A stretch of DNA of 64,000 bases, from the NCBI RefSeq assembly GCF_006345805.1, contig NC_043024.1, positions 17,670,001 to 17,734,000 on the forward strand. Reading direction: 5' to 3'. Origin of the DNA: Octopus sinensis. Its lineage: Eukaryota. Shown here one piece after another: positions 12,744 to 26,059 of this stretch. The notes beneath the pieces were generated by a model. That model was not told the DNA's origin and searched no databases. It was given only the letters and a program-made list of their open reading frames with translations. Position numbers and translations under genes: made by a program. The stretch's first letter is position 1, and the number at the start of each line of letters is the position of its first letter.

Positions 12744-13180
12744 TGTGGGGATTCTGGGCAACCGGGGGGGGGGGGATTCAAGGATTGCTTCGGGCGGCAC
12801 ATACCCTAAATAAGCCTTTGGGTTTGATGTTTCTCTATCTGAGGATCGCTTTTTGAGCTGAGTTCAAATCCCGCTGAGGACAACTTTACTTTTCACCGTT
12901 TCAGGAGTTGATATTATCAACTGTTTCTCCGTCAACACAACAACAACAACAACAAAACAACAACAATAATAATAATAATAATTTAAAAAAGAATCTGAGA
13001 CCTTGTGTCTGTTTGAAAAAACAAATCAATAATAACAATGACATATCGATAAAAATCAATAAAATTAATATTCCTATTCAATATATTTGATTGTTTCTCC
13101 TTCCCCACCAATTACATCAATTTAATTTAATTATGAACACATCATAGACATAAGATTAATTGGTTGGCAATGGCTCCTAG

Positions 13181-13245
13181 ACAAAGGTCAACTTCTGGCG
13201 GCAAAATTTCAAGGACAGGGTCGTCTCCGAAAGAAATATTCTAAG
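13181..13245 (+). CDS. Candidate internal coding exon (TKVNFWRQNFKDRVVSERNIL-R), unidentified protein
   Basis: Weak acceptor ctcctAG, donor aag|GTGGAA, phase 0 to 2, which links the 9693 exon to the 16554 exon in frame. Protein-like composition. Confidence 0.3.
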
Positions 13246-14364
13246 GTGGAATGTGGCCGGTCCCAGATTTCCTGGGTGGCGGGAGAGAACCGCGGGGTTT
13301 TTGTAAAAGAAGATTGCGAACTGAGAGATGGGGGCCTCGTGTTTATGGGCTCATTTTTTGGTTCTCTATCATCAATCCCCATCGACTCAATGCCCCCACA
13401 GTAGACTAGCTAGAGTATATGCCGCCTGCGACATCCTTTAAGTTTGTCACCCACACTCTGGCCCTCATCAAGTCTCTACACTAGATCTCAACCGGGGACC
13501 ATATGATCCTTGAAGGTCCAATATGACCCTCGGGGGTCCATATAAGATTCTCTTATTAAATAAATTAGTCATGCATTTCTACAATACACAAAATATAACT
13601 AATCCCTTTTTATACAGTTCCTATTAATATTTAATTATAAAAATATTAAAGGATTTTTTAAGCATCGAATGGTTTTGAGGGGCCGCTCGAGTGAAACAGG
13701 AATCAAGGGGGTCCTTAAGGGCGTGTGGGGAGATGAGGGGAACAAGGCCCCTCAAGAAAAGAAGTGCGCCCTTATGAATAATGTTATTACGCCTTTTTCT
13801 CCTAGAATTGTATTCTTTTCTGACCTTGTGCCCTCCCTTTGAAAAATTCCTGGGACTGCGCCTGAGAACCATTGCAGACCCAAAAGTGCTGCCTTCACAA
13901 AAGCACTGCACGGAACAGACCTCTTCCCTGCTTCTAGTCCCCTAGCTACCATGATGTATCCTCGCCTCTAAATGACGTTAGCCAAGTAGCCCCTATGGGT
14001 TTTATATACGAGACCCCATCACCATGACCAATTACGAAAGCAACAGCAGCAATGAGCGGAGTGCCGACATAATCACCACTGAATCTGCTAGAAATAGCAG
14101 CTAAGTTTCGTCAGATCACAACCGTTCTGTTTTTTACCACAGCAATAACAATAATAATCCTTTCTACTTAAAAGCATAAGGCCTGAAATTTGTGGGGAGG
14201 GGACTAGTCGATTACATTGATCCCAGTGTTTCACTGGTATTTAATATACAGTCCCTGAAAGGATGAACGGCAAAGCCGACCTTGGCGGAATTTGAACTCA
14301 GAACGTAGCGATTCTGCCAGTTAGCCGCCCTCAATAATAATAATAATAATGGTGATGGTGATGG

Positions 14365-14410
<46 letters not shown>

Positions 14411-15265
14411 TAGCAGCAGCAACAACAACAAGAACAGCAAGAAGAAGAAGAACCAAATAAAATATATGAACAACACATTGCATGATGTAGTCCTAGATGT
14501 ATTGGGTGTGAAAAAAGTTTAGAAAATAAGTGGGGTGATTACGTTTGGAATACTTTTTGATCACCCGTGAACTTGACCAGTCTGAGCCAACCTAGGGTTA
14601 AATAAGAACAACACCTGGATTTATTTCAAAGGGACAAGTGGGGTTGGAAAAGGAAAAATTTATTAAAACTCATTTCCTTGCTTGGCGGAAAGACTAAGAA
14701 ATGGAGGCACAAGTGTGGGTGTGGGTGGGTATGTGTGCGCGCGCTTGTGTGTTTGTCAACCCACCACTTGAAACCGATGCTGGTTTGTTTACATCCCCCA
14801 GAACCTAGCGGTTTGGCAAAAAAACAAAACAATAAATATCAAACTGCCAATAATAATAATAATAATAATAATAATAATCGAGCACTGGCGTCGATTTTTT
14901 CGACGAATCCTTTCAAAGTGGTGCTCCAGTATGGCTGCTGATTTAGGCGAAAGCATGGTTAAGAAAAAAGTTCGTTTCGAAACCACGTAGTTTTGGGTTC
15001 AATCCAGTTATGCATCTTCTGCTACAACAAAAATGCTGTACAGATACTCTGTGATTGAAGTTAGTCAATGAAGTTGTGTGTGTGTCTTTGTTGCTTGCCG
15101 TCTGGCAAACCAGTATTGGTTTGTTTACGTCCCCATTAATTAACGATTCGGCAAAGTAAGAACAATAGGGGAGGTACTGGGCGTGATTTGGTCAGCTGAA
15201 CCCGTCGAGTTTGGTGCCCCAGCATGGCCGCAGTCCAATGACTAAAATAAATAAAGATAAATGCA

Positions 15266-15675
15266 CGTGGCTGTGTGGAATGTAGCTTGCTTCCCAACTA
15301 CATGATTCCTGGTTCAGTCCCACTGCGTGACACCTTAGGCAAGTATCTTCTACTATGGCCTCGGGTCGACCAAAGCCTTGTGACTGGATTTGGTAGACAG
15401 AAACTGAAAGAAGCCCGTCGCATATACATACACACACACACACACACATATATATATGTATGTATTTGTGTATCTGTGTTTGCCCCCCACCCCACCCACC
15501 CATCGCTTGACAACCGATGGTGGTGTGTTTACGTCCCCGTAACTTAGCGGTTCGGCAAAAGTGACCGATGGAATAAGAACTAATCTTACAAAGAATAAGT
15601 CCTGGGGTCGATTTGTTCGACTAAAGGCGGTGCTCCAGCATGGCCGCAGTCAAATGACTGAAACAAGTGAAAGAG
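15266..15675 (+). mobile_element. SINE family 1, full copy with CpGs retained
   Basis: Colinear with 62588-62988. Preceded by a tail-only copy at 15115-15250. Confidence 0.92.
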
Positions 15676-16553
15676 TATATATATATATTAATGTAGTAAA
15701 TATTGGTTTGAAATTTTAGGCAGAAGGTTAGCAATTTCGGGACAGGGTTAAGTCGATAACATCAATCCCTGTGCTCAACTGGTATTTATTTTATAATAAG
15801 AAGAGAGAGAGAGGGGGGGAGACAAAGTCGACCTCGATGAAATTTGAACACAAACATAAAGACAGACGAAATGCCGCTATGCATTTTGCCCGGTGTGCTA
15901 ACCACTCCGCCAACTCGCCGCCTTAACTATATAAGGTAAAGGTTACATCGTGGCTATTGAAACTAAGTTTAAGAATACCAGCATGGGATTTTCTGCTGGG
16001 AGAAACTCAATAGTCTTTTCTGCTATAGGCACAAGGCACGAAATTTGGAGGAAGGGGGCTAGTCGATTAGCCTAATTGAGACCCCACTATTTTTACTGTA
16101 TTTTAAACTAAATACATGGCATTGGCGACCAAATCGGAGCAATGACAATGAATTTCATACCATGAACTCCCAGGGAGTATCGTAAGGAGGTTTAATTTCT
16201 AAAGGGTCACTTAAATGGGGCCCCACTGACCACCCCTATTTTTATTGCATTTACCTCACTTCCTACGCTTATTGATTAAACTATGATCAGGATCAGTGCT
16301 TAGCACATTTTCAGAAATAAGTTTGGGTTTTTAAATACCTTCACGTACATTCAAATCGAGATGAACAATTATGTTTCAAGTGTGGTAGTGTGGAAGTTTA
16401 TATTTTGTAGTTAATGAAACTTATGTCTAGTATCAGAATAAAAATCACCGCTAAAGAATAGAGCAATAAGTATTAAATCATAAATTCCGGCCATAGAGTG
16501 ACCAATGGTTTCGTATCCACGAAAGCTACAGCCTTGTGTGTCTATGTATCCAG

Positions 16554-16668
16554 GTACAACCTACTGCTTGAACGCATCGTCAGTGACCAAACCGACGTCC
16601 TCACCAAACTGTGTTGGGAAAGAGCTTTAAGAAACATTGGTGAAGAGGAACGTGGATACATTGACTAA
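16554..16668 (+). CDS. Candidate terminal coding exon (R-YNLLLERIVSDQTDVLTKLCWERALRNIGEEERGYID*), unidentified protein
   Basis: Acceptor ccttgtgtgtctatgtatccAG, 38 complete codons ending in TAA TAA, unique CpG-containing sequence with helical protein-like composition. Confidence 0.5.
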
Positions 16669-18304
16669 TAACTAAGATACAGTGACGATGTCAGATTAGA
16701 AGGAAGGGAAGAAGGACAGTGGGAGTTAAGAGATAATAAGCCAAGGGGATATGAAACTGGGATGGAGGCCGAGGAAACGTATATGCGAACATACAGCATT
16801 TATACATACAAACATCGATATGTGTAGATAGATATTACTATGGCACTCCGTCGGTTGCGACGACGAGGATTCCAGTTGATCCGATCAACGGAACAGCCTG
16901 CTCGTGAAATTAACGTGTAAGTGACGGTTGTCAAGCGATGTTGGAGGGGGGGGGGGCAAACGCAGACACATATATTATACATGTACATATATACGACAAG
17001 CTTCTTTCAGTTTCCGTCTACCAAATCCACTCAGAACGCTTTGGTCGGCCCAAGGCTACAGCAGAAGACACTTGTCCAAGGTGCCACGCAGTGGGACTGA
17101 ACCCGCACCCATGCGGTTGGGAAGCAAGCTTCTTACCACCCAGCCACGCCTATGTAGAAACCCTTCCACATTGACTCAGTTATTCACACGAGTGGCATCA
17201 GTGCTTGTAACACATAGCGTTTTACATAAATGGTTGCAAACTGTTCTCTCTATCTTTCTTTCTTTCTCTATCTCTTTCTCTCTCTACTTCGTTATTTCTC
17301 ACTCTCTTTCTCATGCTCGCTCTTTCTCTTTTTCTCTCACTCTTTCTTACTCTCTCTCTCTCTCTCTCTCTCTAAGTAGACACTCCCTCCTAATGAGTCG
17401 GCAGTAACCATTAGAAGTCGAGTTGTCCTTCACCCCCCTCCCCCCGTATGGTTTAACTCAGTCCCCCATCTCACCCCTAAGGAGTCCATTTACCCACAGA
17501 AACAAAATATATATTTAAAGTACAGCCCTTTAGCTCATGGTTTCACCCATGTGAATGCGGCCATGCTGGAGCACTACAATTCAAGGGCTTTAGTCGATTA
17601 CATCCCCCCACCACCCCTGCCAGTACTTCGATCTGCTATATTCACTCTTACCTGACGAACTGTTAAGTTAATGAGTATAAAGAGACACTACATAAACATT
17701 CAGACACACACACATTATACATACATATATACATACAATCGTACGCGCGCGCACCCAATCGGCCTCTGCGATCTTCGTCTTCTAAATTTTCCCCTGACCA
17801 GGTTTAGAGATTCTGTCGCTGTGGCAGGTTTTGCGCACCGGGACCATCTGCGATCTTCTTTATACATACATACATACATACATACATACATACATACATA
17901 CATACTTAAAGGTTAATCAAGGGCTTATTCTTATATATGTGTATGCATATATGTATGTGTGTGTGTATATATACATACATACATGCGTTCCACGTCCTCG
18001 CGTTGTTGTGCTTTCTCTTTGAGTTTTCATATTTAGATTATATATATATATATTTGTATGTATGTATGTGTGTATATCATCGTTATTATTTACAAGATTG
18101 TAAAAACGGCGCCGAGTAAAAGAGCCTTCCCACCGAAATATATATATTATATATATATGGCGGTGCCCCAGCATGGCCACAACTCATGAGCTGAAACTAG
18201 AATCAATCAATCAATCAATCATATATATATATATATACATACACACAAACACTAACTCGTACGCGCGCGCACCCAGTGGGCCCCTGCGATTTTCATCTAA
18301 TATA

Positions 18305-18670
18305 TATATATTCTCAACCACATAGTTCCGGGTTCAGTCCCACTGTCTGGCACCTTGGGCAAGTGTCTTCTGCTATAACCTTGGACCGACCAAAGCCTTG
18401 TGAATGGATTTGGTAGACGGAAACTGAAAGAAGCCCTTCGTGTGCGTGTGTCTGTGTTTGTCCCTCCCTCCCATCGCCGCTTGACAACCGGTACTGGTAT
18501 GTTCACATCTTAGCAAAATAGCGGTTCGGCACAGAAGACCGATAGAATAAGTACCAGGCTTTAAAAATATAAGTACTGGTGGGAGTGGAGGGGGTCGACT
18601 CATTCAACTAAAAATTCTCCAAGGCGGTGCCCTACCATGACCGCAGTCTAATGACTGAAACAAGTAAAAG
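18305..18670 (+). mobile_element. SINE family 1 copy
   Basis: Head, core and tail motifs as in the other copies. A partial minus-strand copy lies at 16925-17152. Confidence 0.88.
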
Positions 18671-18689
18671 ATAAAAGATTATATATATA

Positions 18690-18972
18690 TCACCGTGACT
18701 GACCAGGCCATCAGATGTTGCTACACATCGCTGGTCACAATGCGCTTCGCGTTGTTTTCGCCATGAAATGACGCCACCCCGCTGGCTAAGCGAGCAGGCC
18801 AATAGAAGAAAGGTGAGAGAAAGTTGTGGCGAAAGAATACAGCAGGTATCGCCACCACCCCTTGCCGGAGCGTCGTGGAGCTTTATAAACACTCACAACG
18901 CCCGGTCTGGGAATCGAAACCGCGATCCTACAACCGCGAATCCACTGCGCTAACCACTGGACCATTGCGCCT
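18690..18972 (-). mobile_element. tRNA-derived SINE family 4, full length
   Basis: Minus strand ggcgcaatggtccagtggttagcgcagtggattcgcggttgtaggatcgcggtttcgattccc (A and B boxes), then body and 3' end ...ggtcagtcacggtgat. Confidence 0.88.
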
Positions 18973-19506
18973 CTACACACATATGTATGTATGTATGTAT
19001 GTATTGTGTATGTATGCATGTGTATGCGCGCAAAAGAGGGGCACATGTGCGATGTGGAACAGTGGTATGCGAAACTAGTATCAAGAGGTGAGATAAATGA
19101 AATGAAGACTGAAAATGGAAAATAAAAAGAAGGAAGAAAGGAAAGAAAGAAGGAAGGTTGATTGATAAAGCGAAGTTAGTGTCATAATGATAGATAGATT
19201 GATTGATTGATAGATTGATATGTAAGTGATAGAAAGATTGACAGCTAGATAGGTAGATGTGTAGAGAGATAGATAAGATTGGAAGGTAAAGAGAAGACAA
19301 ATGTAAGAAAGAAATGAGAGGCAGGCGAGAAAAGACCGGGAAATAGAGAAGAGAATAACGTATATGTGAGAGGGAGGGTGAGGGAGGGAGATTGTGGTAG
19401 AGGAAAGAGGTGGTGGTGGCGGAGAAATTAAAAGCGCGCGTGAAAGAAGTGAAAGATGGTGAAGAGAAGGAAGAAGTGAGAAGGAGAGGAGTGTAGGGTA
19501 ACGGAC

Positions 19507-19539
<33 letters not shown>

Positions 19540-19819
19540 GTGATAGATAGATAGATAGAGTGATAGATAACGAACGAGGGGGGGAGGAGTGAGAGAGAGA
19601 GAGAGAGAGAAGGAACGAAGGAAAAGTGAGATGCGGTGGCAATGACTGGAAAGAAAGCGTGAAAGGAGATCGCCGCTTCATACATGTGAGTGTGTGTATG
19701 TGTGTGTATTCTGTATGTTTGTGTGACTGTAACGTTGGTAGATAGATGAAAGCAAGCAAAGGGATTAGCGACTTGGAAGTGGTAGAGTGGAAAGTGGTTT
19801 GTTGGTAGGGAGACGGAGT

Positions 19820-19859
<40 letters not shown>

Positions 19860-20099
19860 TCAAGAGAGAGATAGAGAGAAAGAAAAAGCAAGCAAGAGTT
19901 AGTGGGGTTCCGAGAGAGTGAGACTCAGGAAGAGAAACAGAGAGCAAACCACAGAGAGAGCGCGGGAGAAAGAAAAAGAGAGCAATTGTGAGTGGAGCTC
20001 GGAGAGAGAAAGCAAAAGGATAAGTTAAACTCAGAGAGAGAGAGAGAGAGGTAGGGATAGAGAAAGAGAGTGCTGTTAGCTGGAAATGGAGAGAGTGTA

Positions 20100-20409
20100 C
20101 CGCTGTAACAGTTGTGTTTATTAGTAACTCTGGTTCAGACCATCCTCAGTGTTTGGTTTAACGTGTGTATATATATTATACTATATATACACACACTATA
20201 TTATATATTATATATGGTGGTGTTCCTATCAAGTGTATACTGCTAAGGAATGGTTTCCTGGCGGCAACGGCGGAGGAGTTAACCCCCCTCACAATCATCA
20301 CAGCTGACTGGCTGCAAATTCGATCGCGCAGCCCAGACCTTTGAAAGGGGACAAAAAATAAGACATGCATCATTGGCAACGAGCACTCCTGCTTTTGGAC
20401 TTACAAAAG
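20100..20409 (+). other. Candidate first or 5' exon ending at a strong donor (AAG|GTACGG); possible ATG at 20365 ([15 protein letters not shown])
   Basis: CpG-rich unique island downstream of long GA-rich tracts, with a consensus-like donor at 20409/20410. The 5' boundary is a guess. Confidence 0.25.
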
Positions 20410-20948
20410 GTACGGTCAACGTGTATATATACATGTATAGAAATATATATATCGATGTGTATGTGTGTGGTGTGTGTGTATGTAATGTGCGTACGGTTGT
20501 TTTGCGCGTTGTTTAGCCATAGGTCTGATCTCATTGACCAGATCAAAGGTAATTTGACTGACCATCCCGCCGTTTTGTATACGAAAGACGTGTGTGTGAA
20601 GAACTCATGTATACTTATACCGCCACCCATCCATCCACGCATACATACATACATATCTAGGCGTGTGCTTGATGAAAGACCCAAAACAGCCTGTGGCCCG
20701 GAAACCTCACCGACAATGCATCCTAGAGAATCCGCGATATGTATTTTAAAACTTATATATATATATATACATATATTATATATATATATATACATATATA
20801 TATGCATATATACATGCATATATATAATATATATATTATATATATATATAATATATATATATATATATGCATATATATATATATATGCATATATACATAT
20901 ATATATATGCATATATACATATATATATATGCATATATATATATATAT

Positions 20949-20981
<33 letters not shown>

Positions 20982-21110
20982 GCATATATACATACATATA
21001 TATATATATATATATTATATATATGCATATATATATACATATATATACATATATATACATATATATATACATACATACACACACACACACACACATATAT
21101 ACATATATAT

Positions 21111-21161
<51 letters not shown>

Positions 21162-21681
21162 CACATTTATATATATACACATATATGACTATATATATGT
21201 ATCTGTATATATTTCTGCATATGTATACACACATATATATATATATATATACATACATACGTGTGTGTGTGTGTATGTTTGTGTTGATGTGCTGTGTAAT
21301 TTGTGAGTCAGTTTTGGTCAGTGTTTGGAGGTAGCTGAACTCTGATAAAACACACCTGTTATAGTGAAAGGTGTTCCAAACGTGACCATCCACGTATTAG
21401 ATTGTGTGTGTGTGTGTGTGCATAGTCTATGATTATATATATATGTGTGTATATATATACAATTTTATATTATATCAACGACTATACTGTGCAATGTATG
21501 TCCCATTTTTAAACGGTTGGGTTGTGACTTTATGGTGATTTACCCGCTATTTCTAGCAGGTCTGTCGACCGTATCGAATCTCTGTGTCGTGTGTGTTTGT
21601 TTATACTGTATGTTTGTAATGTGGTTGCTGTTGTGTATGTGTGTATGTATGCATTTGTGTGTATGTGTGTATGTATACATT

Positions 21682-21732
<51 letters not shown>

Positions 21733-23325
21733 GTGCTGCATGTAATGTGGTCATCGTGTTTTATATTGTATGTTGTACAATATATGTATGGTTGCTGTAG
21801 TGTGTATATGTGAGCATAATTATGTATGTGTGTGTATATACGTCACATGTGATATGGCCTTTGTGTGTGTGTATGTTATCTATATTGTCTGTTTGTGTGT
21901 GTTGTGTAGTCACTGTAGTATGTGTATGTTAGTTGTCTATGCGGTGTTTGTTATCTAAACCATGCTGCTCCCCGCTTGATCTAGCCTTCCTTCCGTGACT
22001 ATGTCGTCGATTTCCCAGACACCGTCTGTAATCTCAATACAGTGTCCTTCCTTTTTCACAAGGACAGCTACGATGCGATATGTGGAAGATACGCTTGTTA
22101 TTTCTAGCACGACGTGCGTCCACCTACAGGTATCCCTGATTGTTTTTGTTTAACCCCAAGCCTGCTTTGAACGAACAGACCTAATGATCAAACACATTCC
22201 AACCGTGAACATCCTGTCCGTTTTTCCAACTGCAGGGAACACATCTCTTTATCATCCAACGTGTCATTTTCTAAAGCGATAGTGTGTGATTTGTGAGGGA
22301 TATTGCTGTTGTTTCTAGTAAGTTCAGTAACCACATAGCGGTTTCTCTATTGGTGTGTGTTGTGTATGTGTTTGTATATGTGTGTATTCATTGCGTGTAC
22401 ACGTGTGTGTGTGTGTTGGTGTTTGTGAGACGTATGTTGGTGTGATGTGTATGCATGTGTTTGTGTGTTTGGCCTGTTGTGTGTGTGTGTCTATGCGTGT
22501 ATGTGAAGTGTTGTTGGTGTGTATATGATCTGTGTAAGTGCAATGTGTTTTAAGTGTGTGTTGTCAGTGCCTGCGTATGTTGCTATTTGTGTGTGTGGTG
22601 GTGGTGTGTGTATGTGTGTGTATTGTAAAGTGTTATGTTAATATTACGTGTTTTGTGTGTGTGTGCGTGTGTGTGTGCGTGCAAACGTGCAAACGTTTTG
22701 TTTGGTGTTTGTATGTTGTTCATATGTGTGTGTATGTACATAATGTCTGATGTATGTGTATTACACTGTGTATGTGCTCTATATGGTGTATGTGCACTTT
22801 CGTTATACACCGTGTATGCGTGTGTTATACTCTGAGCATGTGTTCTGCACGGTGTGTGCATGATTGTGTGTTATACCCTGTATATGGTGTGTGTGTGTGT
22901 ATCTGCAAGTGTGGGTTCGTTATACCCTGTGTCTGTGTATGGCGTGCTACATGTCCCAGACTAAATCTCATTGATCAAATCAATGACATTCCAGCTGTGA
23001 CCATTCCATCTGTTCAATACAACTAATACACTACATTGTCCAATGTGGTGGTAAGAGGGCGATTTTTTGACTGCTGTTTCTAGCAACGGGACCAGTGACC
23101 ACCTTAGCATAGCACCTCCAGACCTAGGGTTAATTTGATCCCTATAGGGGTTACAACTTTACATAGCATAAGATAGCTATATCATATATCATACCTGTTA
23201 ATTATGTAATCTTGATCCTGTTAATTAAGTATTCTGCTGTAACACTGGTCAGGTAAATTATGAACTTGCTTCGTGTTTTTTTTTTGTTTGTTTTTTTTTC
23301 GGTGACCCTGCCGGTTTTACAAATA

Positions 23326-23666
23326 ATTACCTCCGCCTTACCGAAGGTCGGGGTATTGCTTTTCAGTCACGTTTGTTTGTCTCTGTGTTTCTCCATGGAC
23401 AAGAACCGTTTCGGATGAAACTTTCAGGGATGTTTGGCCTCGTGACTGGCACAAACTGATTAGGTTTGGGGATCGATCCAGTACCGGACAAGGATTCCGG
23501 ATTATTTTTCCGGCTTTTTTTACTTAAATTTTGAGAGCGGTCGGGTTCATTTTTATTATTCTCGTTTGTGACAGCAGCCTAGTTTATTTCAGATATTCTC
23601 CTTTTAAAAATCATCATTGAGAGGACGTTGGTGTTGCCTTGGTGGAGGTTTGTGCTCTCTGAGTGC
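23326..23666 (+). mobile_element. Helentron-associated (DINE-1/Pearl-like) non-autonomous element
   Basis: 5' ttacctccgcc...short hairpin, gtttgtttgtct microsatellite, 3' ggtggaggtttgtgctct complementary to the 5' subterminal motif. Second copy at 56817-57160. Confidence 0.6.
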
Positions 23667-23667
23667 T

Positions 23668-24490
23668 CGGCGAGCTGGTAGAACCTTTAGCACGCTGGAC
23701 GACATGCTTAGCGGTATTTCGCCCGTCGCTACGTTCTGAGTTCAAATTCCGCCGGGGGTCGATAAATCAAGTATCAGTCAAGTACTGAGGTCGATGTAAT
23801 CGACTTACCCCCTTCCCAAAAACTTTCAAGCCTTGTGCCTACAGTAGAAAGGATTATGGTTTTTTGCTGTTATTTTTTTAGAGGTCAGCTTTGCCTTTCG
23901 TCCTTTCGGGGTCGATAAATTAAGTACCAGTTGCGTACTGGAGTCAATCTAATCGACTGGTCCCCTCCCCCAAAATCCCGGGCCTTGTGCCTAGAGTAGA
24001 AAAGATTATTATTATTATTATGGTGATGATGATGACGGAGGCGGCGAGCTGGCAGAATCGTTAGCACGCCCGGTGAAGTGCTTAGCGCTATTTCTTCCGT
24101 TCTGAGTTCCAAGTTCAAATTCCGCCGAGGTCAACTTTCCGGGGTCGATGAAATAAGTACCTGTTGAGTACTGGGGTCGATGTATCACCGACTTACCTTC
24201 TACTCGGAGCTTGCTGGCTTTGTGCCAAAATTTCAAACCATTATCATCATCATCATTATTATTATTATTATTTGGATTGATAGAGATCGTTGGAGCATCA
24301 TGCCTTGTGGTATTTTTTCTGGCTCTGTACGTTCTGACTTTAAATCCCGCCGAGACTAACTTTGCCTTTCGTCCCACCGGGTCGATAAAATAAAGTACTA
24401 GTCAGTACCGTGGGAAGGGGGTCGATATAATCAATTTACCCACTCCTCTCTTCCGAATCTTTGGCTTTCTGCCTTAACCAGGAACCATCA
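23668..24490 (+). mobile_element. Head-to-tail cluster of four family-2 SINEs
   Basis: Copies at about 23668-23855, 23885-24005, 24040-24240 and 24300-24490, all on +, separated by short AAT/ATC tracts. Confidence 0.85.
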
Positions 24491-25266
24491 TAACCATTTA
24501 TTTCCTTATTTATATTATTGTATGAGATTAGGTGGGTGGATTACGAACTCTGTCATGTTTGATGGGGGCGGTGGAGAGCTAACGACAGAGGATGAGTTAA
24601 AGGTCATTTGATGTGCAGGTTCCTTGCAGTTGTGTAATGTGTGCACTGTGTGTAGGTGTGTATGTGTGTGTGTGTAGGTATGTGTGTGTGTGTGTGTGTG
24701 TGTGGTTAGAGTAGCTTCTGTTATTTTGGCGATGTTTTTAGTCCCAGCGGTGGAGGTTTGTGGTTGTCCTAGTTGAGCAGACTTCAACCAAGGCACGATC
24801 ACGGCTTCCCGGCCATGACCATCCCATTTTTATATTCTCCAACGTGACGTCTCTATATTCAAGACGGTAAGGTGCGATTTGAGGGTGATTCGGTTATCAT
24901 TTCAAGTGCGTCGCACGACCATGTCGCGGCTCCTCCAGTGTTGGCACGTGGATATTGTTTTTGTCGTCATCGTTTCGCTGTCATGTTTGTTCTCACTAAG
25001 CAAATTTATGATGTGACGTTCCATCCGTAGCTACCTCATCGTGTCCAGTACAGGAAGGAGTGATTACGTTTATCTAATGCTTTTATTTATTGTAGTATAA
25101 ATGTGTCGACGGATGTGTTGGTGTACGTGTATGTGCGTGTACATGTGTGTGTGTGCATCTATACGTATGTACTACGTACATGTGTGTGTGTATGAATGTA
25201 CTGGTTTGTAGACGTTGTGTTTGCGTATATATGTGTGTATGTGTGAGCCAGCCGCTATATTCTCTT

Positions 25267-25310
<44 letters not shown>

Positions 25311-25312
25311 TG

Positions 25313-25344
<32 letters not shown>

Positions 25345-26059
25345 TTTAACACTTTACACTCTTCCTTTCTCCATTCCCCCAACCCGTACACATACATATA
25401 ATTGCTCCCATTTCTCTCCATCTCCGTGTCTCGTCCCCATTCCCCCCCTCTCTTCTCACATGCCCCCCCTCTCTCTTTCTCCCACCCCACCCTCACTCCA
25501 TATATCCCCGCATCTCCTTACGTCAGTCACTCCGAAATATCTCCCTCTCTTTATCATCCCTCTCTCTCTACTCCCTTTTCCCCTCCTCTCTCTGTCTAGA
25601 CTCCCTTTCTCTCTCTCTCTCTCCCCCTCAGCACCCTCCCTCACGTCATGTGCACCTATACTGATGCAGCTGTCCACTTGTTTTAACAGAACAGTGCAAC
25701 AACATGCAGTTGACAACGCTTCTACACTGCAACACACCTGCAATCAGTGAAGTCACATCACACCTGCTTTTAAAAACGCTCTCTTTAACACTCACGGCAC
25801 ACTCCCTTTATAATCACGCCGCACTCTTTTTACAATCACTCCATGCTTCCTTTACTGTCACACCACACTCTCCTTACCCTCAAACCACATTCCATTTTCA
25901 GTTACACTACACTCTCTTTATATGATGGTTCACAGCACACTCCTTTCACAATCACACCACACTCCCTTTACAGTCACAGCACCCTCTTTACAGGCGCACA
26001 TGTGTATGAGTATATGTGTGTGTGTATATATATATGTATATATATGTTTTTACTTGTTT

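Noticed and set aside
20365-21393. Long ORFs rich in Y/I/H/T/C (also 10731-11218, 43345-44055, 58975-59833 and many others)
   Set aside because: They are translations of (TA)n, (CA)n and (TATG)n microsatellites, which lack stop codons in several frames.
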